Source: Octopus sinensis (lineage: Eukaryota). Taken from it: a DNA stretch of 64,000 nt. Shown one piece after another: positions 12,482 through 26,040 of the stretch. The translations under genes and the position numbers were made by a program. The notes beneath the pieces are model-generated. The model was given only the letters and a program-made list of their open reading frames with translations. It made no database searches and was not told the origin of the DNA. The stretch covers positions 53,010,001 to 53,074,000 of the forward strand of contig NC_043009.1 of NCBI RefSeq assembly GCF_006345805.1. Reading direction: 5' to 3'. Each line of letters starts with the position of its first letter. Position 1 is the first letter of the stretch.

Positions 12482-14511
12482 CTGAAATAAATTGAAGTAA
12501 AATGTGCTATAAATTACTATTTTATTTACAGTTTCTTTAAATCATCTGTCTGTTTATAAGTATATTTGTCTATGTACATGTGTGTATTATGTCAGTGTGT
12601 TAGTGTGTGTATATGTGTGTGTGTGTGTGTACGCAGTGAATATTTCACAAGTGTAATAGAGAATATAGTATTTCAGATAAGTAAGAATTGCTGTTATAAA
12701 GATAGAAGGAATGAGTGATGAGGTGGAGTAGTCTTTGCAACTTCCACTTTGCCAGTCTGTCGGAGAAGTAATTGTTTTTTAGGATTGTATCTATAGAGTT
12801 ATTTTTTTAATCTGACTGATATCAAAGAGCAACATCACTTATGATAGAGTTAACATGTATCAGGAATTCCATGCACAGAGAGAACGATGTGGGACATGTA
12901 ATTAATCCTCGCCAATACCAAAGCTGAGTGTGAATGTATTAGATAAGTTAGAGCCACTTCATAGGGAATTTCCAGTACAGACATATAGTTTAGCCCGAAG
13001 TTTCTTAATTTGGAAACGGTCGACAACTACTCTCGATGAATAACAATATTTCTTCCAACGATCAACAACATTATTTTCTAATCGTAATGGATGTTGTTCA
13101 GCGGAAAGTGCACTACTTGATACTAGTTAAGTAAAGAGTGCCAGACCAGGTGATCATTATTAACCGTCACTGTTACGTTTGAGATGTGGGCGCAAAGGTT
13201 AACAATTTTCTGGCTACGTGAGACATGTGAAGATGTATGTTTATGAGGAAAGATTCAATAATTCTCATAGGTTGTATCACTTGATAACGGGTCAAGAATA
13301 AAGAACATTGATTTCAGAAACAGTCAGTTTAGAATTAGAAGACTCCTGTCCAATTTGCTAATTTGACATGACAAGAAATTAAAGTTGCATAGACTGTTGG
13401 TCATTAATTTGGGAAGGAATAATTAAACGATTATGTGATGAATCGATGTGATTAAAATATGTGGATTAGGAGATTATGTGATTGTATATAATGGAATGTG
13501 AGTTGCAAGACATTTAGGTTAAAATTCCTGATATAGTTTCTTTGCTCTAAGCCACATCACTCGTGGACTTCGACTCGAACTCGAGAGTACAGTCGTAAGA
13601 AAGGCCGTTGGCTCACAATCAGCTCATCCATCCTTTGACGAGGTTTGTTTTTATTCCTGTCGGGTGAACACAATACTCACCTCACCAGGTACACCTGGTG
13701 GGGCAGTTAGTTTAGTCAACGACCACCCGAAGATGAAATAGGAAATTCCTGCTACTGGGATCAACTAACCTATTTATACCTGACCTCTTATATATATTGA
13801 TTGGCTCGACCATCTGCTGCAAAGTTTAGCTGTGGAAATCTCAGGAAGAAACTGAATTTTCATTACAGCATTGAATGAAGATAATACAGAGAACAGCACA
13901 GCTACAATCTCTGAGTAGGACTAACTTTGATATAATAAACATAATAGCAAGCTTGCTATGTTGTGTTGAGAAAATACAAAAAAATTACTGTTTTTAACTG
14001 ATCTGAAAATTTCAAGTTAATACACGTCCAGAAAAACCTGTCCTGGTTTAATTTATGCGTGCAGTTTGTGAAATGTTTCTAGGAGTACCAGCAGTTCGAA
14101 ATGCTCTTTTTTCAGTAAGTAAACTCACGTCCCATTGCTGTAGCATGTATTTCTATGAATCGTTAAAACGTGGATGTGATATACCTCGATATAGCAAATG
14201 CTTTTAAAGAGGTTAATCATTCTTGACTTTCTTAAACCCCTTATCCTCCTGGCTATTCACAAAACTCTCGAGCATCTAACTCATGAATTGTGCCGATTAG
14301 TATCTTTGTATATTTCTGGTATGCACCCATACAAAAATATATTCCACCATACGCCATACTTCTCTACCCGATTTTGTCTCGTTACTTTTCACAATTTTAT
14401 ATGCAGTCAAAATTATTGTTACCGGCATATTACCCAAATATATTACTTTCTACCGCGCTCGCAGAATTTGCATGCTTGATTATATATATATATATATATA
14501 ATATATTATTG

Positions 14512-14587
<76 letters not shown>

Positions 14588-14633
14588 TGTAATATATATA
14601 ATGTATGTATATATATATGTATATATGTATATA

Positions 14634-14670
<37 letters not shown>

Positions 14671-14673
<3 letters not shown>

Positions 14674-14691
14674 TCATACGATATAGTGTAT

Positions 14692-14728
<37 letters not shown>

Positions 14729-14824
14729 ATATGTATATATATATGTATATATATATGTGTATATATATATATATTATATTATATATATATATTATATATA
14801 AGTCATACGATATAGTGTATACGG

Positions 14825-14873
<49 letters not shown>

Positions 14874-14922
14874 AGTCATACGGTATAGTGTATATACAAT
14901 ATACACTATATCGTATGACTAG
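14671..14922. repeat. ~25-bp motif (aagtcatacgatatagtgtatacgg) x3 between (AT)n tracts plus one inverted copy
   Basis: Copies at ~14671, 14800, 14874; reverse complement atacactatatcgtatgact at ~14901-14920. Confidence 0.8.
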
Positions 14923-15022
14923 TATATAGTCTCTTGACTAATTTGCACGTTAGACCACTGGAAATGTAAATTTTGATTGAATATTTTAATTCTAATTAAA
15001 TTCCATTTCCCTTTGATATGAT

Positions 15023-15087
<65 letters not shown>

Positions 15088-15449
15088 CAAAATATGGGTG
15101 AGAGACATATCTTGCAAAACCTGAAACCTGCAGGTACCACATTATCCATTTTCCGGGTTTCATCTTTCAGATGTTCTCCCTGGAGGTAAGACGGTTTTTT
15201 TTTTTTTTTCTCTATTTTGTTGCACACGCGCATTTTTGCTAATACATACGCGGTGAAGCTACACATTAGCGTCGTATTTTTACGTTCGCTATTTCCAGTA
15301 AATATCGGTACTAGTTGTGCCATTTATTTACTAATTTGTGTATTTTTCCCTCATGGGCTACTTTTTACTGGAAGGCAATACTTTGTATTGCATTACTGAT
15401 ATTTTATATATATATATATAACATATATATTATATATATATATATATAC

Positions 15450-15490
<41 letters not shown>

Positions 15491-15517
15491 CACACATATA
15501 TATATATATATATATTA

Positions 15518-15594
<77 letters not shown>

Positions 15595-15943
15595 CGCACA
15601 CACACACACACATATATATATATATTGTGTGTGTGTGTGTGTGTGTGTGTTGTGTGTTTGTGTATGGTGTACATAAAAGTAAATATAATTTCTATATATA
15701 CTATTGGAATTTAAAGAAATACCCTTTGATTAAGGTGGCGTATTTAATAATATTTGTAATTATAAGGCAAAATATCAATTATGATTAATTATGAACAAAA
15801 AAAAAACAAAAGAAGTAGTGAAGAAGGTATACTGATGGTCATACTTTGGACGACAGCTGTGAAACAGGAAAGCTGTCCGTTTGTATTACTTGACTAACAA
15901 TGACGAGAGAAATAACCCTAACAAGAGGAAAACTAAATCTTAC

Positions 15944-16089
15944 CGTCTTCGTCTTCACACAGTTTCTCGCTGGCCTGGATCATATTCGAGATATTCACCC
16001 CAAGCATATCTGCGACTATGCTAACTTGATTACAACTTTTTAATTTGTCGAAGCAAGACTGTAATACCAGTTTGTCATTTGATCCCATT
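15944..16089 (-). CDS. Putative internal exon of the same host gene (146 nt)
   Basis: Acceptor atttctttttctAG, donor G|GTAAGA; 1+144+1 nt; reads MGSNDKLVLQSCFDKLKSCNQVSIVADMLGVNISNMIQASEKLCEDED. Confidence 0.7.
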
Positions 16090-16124
16090 CTAGAAAAAGA
16101 AATAAATTTAGAAGACAGATGTAC

Positions 16125-16177
<53 letters not shown>

Positions 16178-16178
<1 letters not shown>

Positions 16179-16608
16179 TAGCAGCATAGCCCGGCGTTTC
16201 CCGGGTATATAAGAGCCCCTAGTAGGCAACGACTAATCCCAATCTAGTCCTTTCCCTCTAGGGAACGAAGGCGCATGTGTAGGTTGCAATGTCTTCTCTT
16301 CACTCGAATACTTCTGTGTATACGATGTTCCTAGCTGTCCCTAGCTGTCGAGTTGTGCCCCCTAGACAGAAAATGTGTTGCATATAAAAAGCTTAGATTC
16401 TCGACCCCATGTCGAATTTATCAATTTTTTTTAGAACTGGGAGAATTTTTCAAAATTTTCGCTGCGTTAGTTTTGAATTATGACATTGGGCTATGTGTGT
16501 GTCAAGTTTCATCAGAATCGGTTGAAAACCGTGGTCAGGGTGAGGGTACAACCTGACAGACACACAGACAGACAAACTGCCGTTTATATATATATATATA
16601 TATATAGA
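16178..16608 (-). mobile_element. Non-autonomous Helitron
   Basis: 5' TC after host A, internal (TCTG)n-like tract, 3' CCCGG-n-CCGGG hairpin ~10 nt before terminal CTAG, followed by host T. Confidence 0.75.
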
Positions 16609-17039
16609 TAGATAGATAGATAGATACATACATACATACATACATACATACATACATACATACATACATACATACATGTGTGTGCGAGTGCTTTTTAAAT
16701 TCTATGTATGTTAAATGATATTTATCTCTCACTGGATGGAATACCTTATTTGTTGACCCTACCAACAAAGAAACAGTAAACTATATGCTACTGAACCTCC
16801 TAGAACAAGTCACGAATATCTAAGCCTTTTCCAAATTTAATTAGGGTGCCTCTGAAGAAAAAACAAACAATACCAAAGTAAGCTATCCCCAGAAACACTT
16901 TCCATTTTACAAGAATAAAAGCCAACCCAAAATAACGAGACTAAGATGTAAGAAATTCACAGTCGAACATAAAATATATTTGTATTCCTATCATCAGCTA
17001 CTCAAACAGATATTACAACGTTTTTTGTATGTGTACATT

Positions 17040-17715
17040 TTTAAAGACTTAACCGGTTTCACAGATTTCTTTGATTTTCAAAGGGTGAGATAAAAAGACG
17101 TGGAGCTATGTTGCAACTGTATTGATTTTCTTTGGATTTCAAAGATTCTCGTGTTTTTATTGAGAGGACACAGCTGAAATTAGAATCAGTTTTGGATACG
17201 TTTTGACTGGCCGGGTATGATCACGTGATTAGATTTAGAAACTTTTGTAAGTTTTCCGCTGTGTCCATTCTTGAATGTCAAGTGACGGTATCTTTGATGT
17301 CGTAAGTTAAAGCTGTCATGATTGAATGAATATGTCAATTGCCAATCCCCCAAAATGAAGACTGTCTGAATTTTATGTCAAATGTGGTAGAAGAAGACCA
17401 CGTGATTAGCCTTAGCAATTTTTTGTAGGTTCCCCGCTATGTCCATGCGTTAATAAAATGTTGCTATATGTTTTGCGCCGTAAATTTAAGCTGACACGGT
17501 TGAGTGAATATGTCTAGTTCCAGTTCCCGAAAGGGGCTCTCTAACTCTGTGAAATGATTAAAGTGGACAGGAGTTGTTTCTATGGAGCCCAGTGGTTGTA
17601 TAATTATGGTTTGTGTTTATGAACGCAGATACTATCAGAAGAAAGACAGTTGCAACATAGCTGTGTCAACTTTTGAGAATCAGAGAAATTTGTGAAACAG
17701 GTTAAGTCATTAAAA
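17040..17715. mobile_element. Decayed MITE-like element
   Basis: Imperfect inverted ends (gacttaaccggtttcacag…gctatgttgcaactgt vs acagttgcaacatagc…tgtgaaacaggttaagtc) and an internal direct repeat (cacgtgattag). Confidence 0.5.
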
Positions 17716-17816
17716 AATTGAAAATAAAAAATCTAAACGAATCCCAGTACATTTTAACTTCACTTTTCTATATTTCTACCCGTGTGGAATAAAATAACTT
17801 TACACACACACACACA

Positions 17817-17856
<40 letters not shown>

Positions 17857-18062
17857 TTATAATTATAATTTAGGGTATATAAGAGATACCTCCACGCTTA
17901 AAATAGCAGCCAAAACTTGACTCTAAAATCACATTAAATGTTCATACGGCACCAGGAGAGAAGACATTTGGTCTCCTAATTCTCCAGATCACGTGAGCAT
18001 ACGTGCATATATATGTATGTATACGTTCGTATATGTAAGTATTCGTATGTTATATATATATA

Positions 18063-18114
<52 letters not shown>

Positions 18115-18149
18115 TATAATATGTATATATGTATATATGTTACTATCTG

Positions 18150-18600
18150 TGTATATTCCACAGATGAGGCAAAGCATTTCTTATGCAAAGCCAGAAATCC
18201 GTGATTTGGAATTATCCAGTAATTTTTTGGCTAGTTTATCTTGTCCTTTTGTCTTCTCTCCTGGTGCTGATTGAACATTTGTTTTATATTCATGTTGGGT
18301 ATGGCTTGAGTCCTCATGATAGGGTAGATACCAACAGTTTGGGTAGGGCCATACATAGTTCAACAATGTTGTGATCTGAGAGTGCAGTTGGTGTCACCTT
18401 CACATTATGGATAAGGTCCACATTATTTGTGAAGCAGTTGTCCAATATGCTGTTTCCCCTGGTTGCTCCATGAACAGCATATTAATAATAGCTCTACATC
18501 ATTTGATTTCATACAATGACATCCCAGATAGGGTGTGGCCCTCTGATTATTTAACATGTGGGAAGTCGAAGTCACCTAGGAAGAATATGTTCATGTTCTG
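18150..18600 (-). mobile_element. CR1-clade LINE endonuclease fragment
   Basis: Homologous to 39240-39480 (GDFDFP…LDNCFTNNVDLIHNVKVTPTALSDHNI). Confidence 0.8.
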
Positions 18601-18644
18601 ATCTAGTTTTGTTAATACCTCTTCCATATACATAGACATACATA

Positions 18645-19500
18645 CAGGGGTTGGACAAAATAATAGAAACACCTACAAATTTCAAACAAATTTATTTTAA
18701 TACAGGGTAGGATCGCCTTTGACAGTAATTACAGCTTGAATTCTACGAGGTATGAACTCGTACAAAGTTTGAATTGTTTCCAAAAGAATTTTTGTCCATT
18801 CTTCAGCTAAAACAGTCTCTACTTCTTGTAGTGAGGATGGTGGAAGATATCGACTCCCTACTTGTTTTTCTAAAATGCACCATAAACGTTCAATAATATT
18901 GAGATCTGGGGACTGTGGTGGCCAGATAAGATGTTCAGCTTCACTAGAATCTTCCACGTGCCATTCAGTAATAACTTTAGCTGTGTGAATTGGTGCATTA
19001 TCACCCTGAAAGATTGCGTTTCTCTCCAGAAATAGTTCCGGAACCATAGGATGAATTTGGTCAGGTAAAATTCTTAAATAGTATTGACTATCAATTCTGC
19101 CATGAAAGGAAACCATTGGGCCGGCGGATTTTCAAGATATAGCCACCCAGATCATCACAGATCTTCCTACATGTTTAACAGTTGGAAGAAGGCAGTCAGG
19201 GTTAAATACTTCTTTGGCTGGTGGTCAAAAATAAGGTAAAAGATGACTCGTCCGAGAAAATAACATTCTTTCGCTGCTCTAGGGACCAATTCTGTAGGGT
19301 TTTACGCCACTCTAAACGCTTTGCAACGCTTGTTTTTGAAAGTAGTTGTTTTCTGATTCCAGCCCTCTCATGAAATCTGGCTGTGTACAGCTCTCAGCGA
19401 ACAGTTTTTTGGAAACTGGGTTCTCGAAGCGGTCATTAAGCTCTGCAGTAATTTTGGGAAATGTACTTTTGTTATAGTTTCTAATAATTTGCGTAAGAGT
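18645..19500 (-). mobile_element. Tc1-like transposon, 3' part with one TIR
   Basis: TA-CAGGGGTTGGACAAAATAAT terminus; FSDES, FQGDNAPIH, WPPQSPDLNIIE motifs. Confidence 0.9.
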
Positions 19501-19504
19501 CCGA

Positions 19505-19930
19505 CGATCCGAATCTCCGACATGTCATGTAATGTTATGGGTTTGGTCTGCCCCTCTGGCGAATCCGTGAGATGCCATGTCATGTTATGGATTGACCCTG
19601 TCCCTCTGGCGAAGCTCCGACATGTCATGTAATGCTATCGATTGGGTCTGCCTCTCTGGCGAATCCGTGACATGTCATGTAAAGTTATGGATTGACTCTA
19701 CCCCTCTGGCCAATCTCTGAAATGTCATGTAATGTTATTGGTTGGGTCTGCCCCTCTGGCGAATCCATGCCATGTCATGTAATGTTATGGATTAGTCCTG
19801 CCCCTCTGGCGAATCTCCGACATGTCATGTAATGTCATGGATTGAGTCTGCCTTTCTGGCGAATCCCTGACATGTCTTGTAATGTTATTGATTGGCCCTG
19901 CCCTGGCAAATCCCCCCGACATGTAATGTC
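19505..19930. repeat. 50-bp minisatellite (~8.5 units) with alternating A/B variants (100-bp higher-order repeat)
   Basis: gacatgtcatgtaatg-like block starts at 19519, 19569, 19619 … 19869, 19918; gaatctccga alternates with gaatccgtga. Confidence 0.9.
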
Positions 19931-20790
19931 TTTTTGGCATTGAACTTTGTGGAATTTCTGCCCACTTTTCATGCAACAATCGAAAGAATTCACCTGGCTC
20001 TATCTCGTATTCTCCAAAGATTTTCAATTCGGTTCATGTCTGGAGATTTTCTCGACCAAGGAAGCTTTTTCATCCTATTTTCCGTTAGCCGTTGTTGATT
20101 CCTTTTCGCTGTGGAAACTCATTTTTCGTTATGTTATTATGAGAATACATCGGAAGTAGTCCTTGCTTAAGTATTTCGATGTATTTTTCAGAAGTTATGG
20201 TTCCAATACATTCAATCAGCTCAGAACGACCATTGCTGGTGACAACTCTCCATACCGTTACAGAGATACCACCATGTTTATCAGTTGGTTGGAGTCGTTT
20301 CAAATCAAATTCTTGATTTAGAAGCCTCTAGACCCAACCACGTCCACTGTCTGAAAATAATGCAAATTCATCTGAGAAAACCACTCTATCCCAAAATGAA
20401 CTGGATTTTTCTGGCACATCCTCATTTCTTTCTTTTCATGATATTAATTGGTTGAAGGAGAGGTTTTCTTCAAGCTTATGCAAATATATAACATACGTTC
20501 TTGGACTAACTTCTAGCTGTTTTGTAATATCAGAAGCCTTTGAACGGGGGTTCGTTTTCCACAATTCTCTTCAAACAGTGAAGCTTCCTTTCCAAGGGCC
20601 CAGGTCAGTCAGGACGAGAATCTGTTGATTCTTTTCCTTGGCTTTTGAATTGCACTATAATTCTATTTACAGTAGCAAGAGGAATTTGAAGATTTTCGGC
20701 AGTTTTTCGTTAGTAAAAACCTGCCTCAGATTGCCCAATAATACAACCTCTTTGGAAATCTGACAGTTCTGCTGAACTTTTTGTACATGG
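19930..20790 (-). mobile_element. Second, different Tc1-like transposase pseudogene
   Basis: MPCTKSSAELSDFQRGCIIG N-terminus; FWDRVVFSDE; KHGGISVTVW; LHEKWAEIP. Confidence 0.85.
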
Positions 20791-20859
20791 CATGGTTACT
20801 CTTTGAAAATGTTTAATATGATGGCACCTGGAAAGAAAAAGAATAATTACATTTTATGT

Positions 20860-21050
20860 TTGTCTGTCTGTGTTTTCCCCCCACCATCGATTAACAACTG
20901 ATGATGGTGGATTTACATCCTCATAACGGTTCAGCAAAAAGGGACTGATAGAATAAGTACTAAGCTTACAAAGAATAAGTCGTGTGGTTGATTTGTTCGA
21001 CTAAAAAGCAATACTCAAATGACTGAAACAAGTAATAGAGTAAAAGAACA
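20860..21050 (+). mobile_element. SINE 3' half (diverged)
   Basis: gatagaataagtact…gatttgttcgactaaa…tgactgaaacaagtaa. Confidence 0.75.
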
Positions 21051-21199
21051 TATATACATAAGAGGTACTGAAAAGTTCCTAACTTTAAGGGTATCACGTA
21101 GAGTGTGGTTGGAGTCCCAACCTTCTGAGTTATTTTACAGGGATTAGAAAAATTGAAGGGCCACTGCAATAAGCATGTGAGTCTGAGAATGGAATATGC

Positions 21200-22330
21200 C
21201 CCAACTATGCGAACCTGTCTGTTGGCTATGTTGAGGCGCAAATATTCTCTAGTTTCACTGGTCCCACTCCCGAACTATATGGCCGTTATATTGACGACAG
21301 TATCGGTGCCACCTCACTCTCCCGCGAACGTCTAGACTCCTTCCTCTCTTTTGTCAAATCTTTCCATCCTGTCCTCCATTTGTCCTGCACTATCTCTGAC
21401 ACCTCTGTCTCCTTTCTTGACATTTCGGTCAGCATTCATCACTCCACTCTTACCACCTTCATCTACTACAAACACACAGACTCACACTCATACCTCAACT
21501 TCTCCTCCCCCGACCCCAAACACACCAAGCTTTCCATCCCCTATTCCCAATTCCTCCGTCTACGCAGGCTCTGTAGTGATGACCATGACTTTGGGACTCA
21601 GTCTCAACTCATGGCTCACCACTTCATCCTACGTGGATATCCCCTCACCACTATCCACACCGCCCTTGCCAGAGCACGTTCTGTGGACCGTGCATCTGCT
21701 CCCCCCCGAACCCGCCCTGCAATCTTTCGCCTCCCTTTTCCCCTCACCTACCACCCCACCCACTTACCTTCCCAACGCACCATTCTCAGAGCTTTCCAGT
21801 CCGACCCGTCCACTTCACACATCTTCCCTAACCGATCCCTCCCCTCCTTCAAACGAGCCCACAACCTACGAGACCTCTTGGTCCACAGCTTCTTCCCCAA
21901 CCCTACCTCCCAACCTGGCTCGTTCCCCTGCTCCCGCCCACGCTGCCGCACTTACCCTTACCTCTCCAACACCACCCTTCTCACCGGCACCCATCATCGA
22001 CCCTATCACATCACCGACTCTTTCACCTGCACCCACACCAATATCCTCTATTGCATCTCCTGTTCTTTCTGCCATTCTCTGTATACCGGACAAACAGGAC
22101 GCCGCTTGGCTGACCGGTTCGCGGAACACCTCCGAGACATCCGCCTCGGCAATGAGACCCCGGTCTCACGCCATTTCCGTTCTACTGGTCACTCTTTGCA
22201 ACACATCCGTGTTCGGATTGTCCTTGCACATAAGCCATGCTGACTCCCGTCTGCGCCCTGAACAGGGATTAATCTTCTCTCTTCGTTCTTTTACGCCGTT
22301 TGGGCTCAACTCTCCTCCACTCTTCATCTA
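21200..22330 (+). pseudogene. 5'-truncated Penelope-like element: RT C-half plus GIY-YIG endonuclease
   Basis: Open frame 21200-22243: PNYANL, RYIDD, FLD, YYKHTDSHSYL, CSRPRCRTC-like linker, ILYCISC…LYTGQTGRRLADRFAEH; frameshift near the end; C/T-rich 3' UTR to ~23090. Confidence 0.92.
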
Positions 22331-23089
22331 ACCTCCTCCCATTGCCTCTCTCCCCTCACTCCTACTTCCTCCCACCCAACTCTCCTCTCTTGCCTCGAAT
22401 CCTACTTCTCTCCTCTCTCTTACTCTCTTTCTCTCTTTCTCTCTTCTCTCTTACTTTTTCACTCTCTCTTTGTCTCTTCTCTCTTACTTTCTCACTCTCT
22501 CTTTCTCTCTTCTCTCTTACTTTTTCACTCTCTCTTTCTCTCTTCTCTCTAACTCTCTTTCTCATCTCTCTCTCCTCACATATCCACCTTCCCCTTCCCC
22601 CTTCATTGTCATACCTCCCCCATAAGCCCACCCCACCCCTACACATTCCTACTCCACCTTCCCTATCCTTCCCATCCCCCATCCTATCCCCTACACTCTC
22701 TCCAACCTACCCCACCCCTAACCCCACCCTCTGCTTACTCACATACCCCAACTCTACTCCAACCCTCAGCCGAACCCACACCCCACCCGTGCTTTCCCCA
22801 CTCTCGCCTCCCCACCCCCCAACAACATCACACTACACCATACTACATCATACAACATTACACATCACATCACAACACACCACCCCACACCAGCACTGAC
22901 CAATTCCCATCCCCACATTTTCACACCTACACATACATACACGCACACGCCCAGACCACCAGCCCTCTTTCACACCCACATACATACTCTCTTATACACA
23001 CACACATCTTCGTGTTGGGGGTCATCTTTACTTTGTTATCTCCCCTACTTCTTCGCTCTCCTGTGTGACCCTTCTGTCCGGGAGTCGCC

Positions 23090-23278
23090 ATGATAGATCG
23101 GTAGCCACTAAACACATTTTTTCTCTCCTTGTTTCTCTCCTTGTTTTTTTTATGTGTCCCTTTCTGTAGAAGAGCGTAGGCTCGAAATGTAAAAGACTTT
23201 TTCTATTCCTGAACGTTATACATCTGTTTGTTTTGTGCGCCACCTGTCTTCGTCTTTTGTTTTTTTCTCGTGAACTCT

Positions 23279-23283
<5 letters not shown>
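23090..23283 (+). mobile_element. PLE-type tail with minimal hammerhead-like motif (23160-23195)
   Basis: CTTT-CTGTAGA-A-GAGCgtagGCTC-GAAATGTA-AAAG; second copy at 56603-56812. Confidence 0.6.
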
Positions 23284-23332
<49 letters not shown>

Positions 23333-23336
23333 TATA

Positions 23337-23374
<38 letters not shown>

Positions 23375-23386
23375 TATATATATATA

Positions 23387-23721
23387 GTGAAGTGCATGGC
23401 TCAGTGGTTAGAGCGTCGAACTTATGACCATGAGGTTGTGGGTTTAGATCTCGGACCGGGCTGCGTGCTGTGTTCTTGAGCAAGACACTTTATTTCACGT
23501 TGCTCCAGTTCACTCAGCTGTAGAAATGAGTCGCGACGTCACTGGTGCCAAGCTGTATCGGCCCCTTTGCCTTTCCCTTGGATAACATGAGTGGTGTGGA
23601 GAGGGGAGGTCGGTATGCATGGGTGACTGCTGGTCTTCCATAAACAACTTTGCCCGGACTTATGCTGAACTTTTGTGATGCAATTCCATAGTCATTCATG
23701 ACTGAAGGGAGTCGTTACCCT

Positions 23722-23722
<1 letters not shown>
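23387..23722 (+). mobile_element. tRNA-derived SINE with CORE-like block
   Basis: A box TGGCTCAGTGG, degenerate B box, ttgagcaagacacttt…ccagttcactcagctg block. Confidence 0.85.
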
Positions 23723-23778
<56 letters not shown>

Positions 23779-23799
23779 TATATATATACATATATATAC

Positions 23800-25270
23800 A
23801 TATATAGAAGCTAACTTATGAAGAGCATCCAGCATGTAACTAACTCCATCCACTTGAATATTTAAGTAACAACAGATTTCCTTAGCAAACACCCTAACAA
23901 CTGACAATCGATTTTAGACACACAACTCTGGCTGGAGAGCAGGAGCAACAAGGTCCAGATCCCTCATTCCCACTATGCCAAACCCATGACCTCTAAATAC
24001 GTCTACATGAACGCAGCTCTTGCAGATAATATCAATTTCAGTATCCTAAAAGTGGACTTGTTAAATGTGATGATAAACGTATCATGCATGTGAGACCCAA
24101 CGGAATTAGAAAGACACAACACTTCCTATCCATCGTATCCAGTTGTCTAAGGACAGCCAAACAGATGGGATCAGAGTATACAAAGGATTCTAGGGTAAGT
24201 ACAAGACCATAATAAAGAATGATGTAAATGGGATCTCCCGGCTATACAGGAGTAAATTGTGGAATAGCAAAGAAAGAACCTAAAAGATAGATAAAGCCAA
24301 CTCATGGTATGACAACCGAGAATACCGGAATTTCATGTTCGTTTATGCTACCCCTGGAGGCGAATTAGCCTACCTTTTTAGGAAAATGTTAGATAAGATG
24401 AATCTACCAATTAAAGTTGTCAAAATATCAGGGACCCAAATAAAATCCTTGATCTGTAGAACACATCCATTTGAAAGAACCTCCTGAATGGATAGCAACT
24501 GTATAGTGTATAGGATAAACCCACAAATGAAGTGTAAGACTGGGAATATAGTTTATAGTATATGGTATACTAAGGGACGGTGCAGAAATAGAACAATGAC
24601 ATACGTTGAGGAGACAGCACGTAGCATAGGTGAGCAGATAAGTGAACACTGGTGGGAGCTCAAGGAGGAGAAAAACTCGTCAGTGCCCTACCAACATGCT
24701 CAGTTAGAACACAGAAGCTTGGTTAATAACATAGAAGTTAAGATATTATAGACTTATAGAACAGACACGACACTCAGACAGACTACAGAAGTCACACATA
24801 TAGCAGTAGGTAGATGGAGCCTCAACAGGAAATATGAATGGAATAATAGCATCCCCACTCCACAACCTGACGACTAAAGACAAAATGAGAAGATAAAAAT
24901 GGGACACATATACAAACAGTATAATACATAAACCCATATACTCACACACGACACACATACACATACTAAAGACAGAATGAGAAAGAAAAAATAAGTAAAA
25001 GACACAAGTGCAAACAGTGTAGTAATCAAATCCATATAGACGCACACAAAACATAGACAGACGCGCGCGCACAAACACACAATAATGCGTAGATAGGGAT
25101 ACATGCCACAGTAAGACAAAACAGAACAAGAGAAGACACGTGAGATAGAGTCGTTGAAGAGGCCAAGGGATGGGTGACGAAAGACCTTTGACAAAGAAAA
25201 ATAATGATAATAAAATAAAGACCAAATATATAGTGCGTGTGTTTAATTAACAAACGATAATCACCCCCAA
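23800..25270 (+). pseudogene. Decayed PLE (thumb, GIY-YIG, 3' UTR), same family as 45140-48020
   Basis: HYAKPMTSKY; CKTGNIVYSIWY…TYVEETARSIGEQISEH. Confidence 0.8.
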
Positions 25271-25833
25271 GTATAACAATATAATACAATATAATATATT
25301 ACCATATGATATATAATCAATATCTATAAAGCTGAAATGTGAAAAAGTTGTTTGATTTCCTGGTTATTTGTCTCATTTTGGGATGGGAACAGTTTAAGAG
25401 GTAGATGGGGTCGGATTGGCGCCAAAATTGACATAGGGGTAAAATGGGATAGGCAATGGTGTGAGCAGGATTGCAAGTCGCTCGAGGCTACCGTTTGGTT
25501 GCCATGGTGAGGAATATGGGAAAAATTGAGTTTTATGGGATAGACAGGTTGCGCTGTTTGAATAATGGTGGCTTTTCGTGTTGCTACAGGGGCTAGAGGC
25601 GGTTATCTTTAATGTAATCTATAAAATGAAGAAGGCGAATGTTGATACAAATTGGATTTTTACGTATCCATTACATAAACCTTCCTCATTTAAGCATTTC
25701 ATTACGTAAACATTTCGAAATGAATCTTTGATCAGAAACAATACAAGTAGTAATCAACATTTCTTTTGTTTCAGGTAATTGTTTCTGATTTAAACAAATT
25801 TTAAAATTTTGTTTGTTAACATGTTTGTTAACA

Positions 25834-26040
25834 TGGCAGAACTATAACCACGCCGGATAGAAGGTTTAGCAGTATTTCTTCCGACTTATCCTTCTGAGTT
25901 CAAATTCCGCTAGAGTAGAATTTGCCTTTCGTTCTCTCCAGGTCGAAAAAATAAATACTAGTTGAACTCTACGATCGATGTAAGCAACTTCTCTCCTTCC
26001 CGGAAATTGCTGGCATCGTGCTAAAATTTGAAACAAATAT
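25834..26040 (+). mobile_element. Diverged SINE with Nin-like domain
   Basis: ctgagttcaaattccgc…tttgcctttcgttctctccaggtcgaaaaaataaatactagtt, related to 52725-53030. Confidence 0.65.

Noticed and set aside
16745-16758. Possible 14-nt micro-exon phase-compatible with the 16089 exon
   Set aside because: Such short AG…GT matches arise by chance; needs RNA evidence
19505-19930. CRISPR-like appearance of regular repeats
   Set aside because: Units are contiguous and mutually similar with no unique spacers; eukaryotic context and no cas genes
21351-22899. Pro/Ser/Thr-rich ORFs 21351-22331 and 22300-22899
   Set aside because: Alternative frame of the C-rich PLE ORF and its pyrimidine-rich UTR
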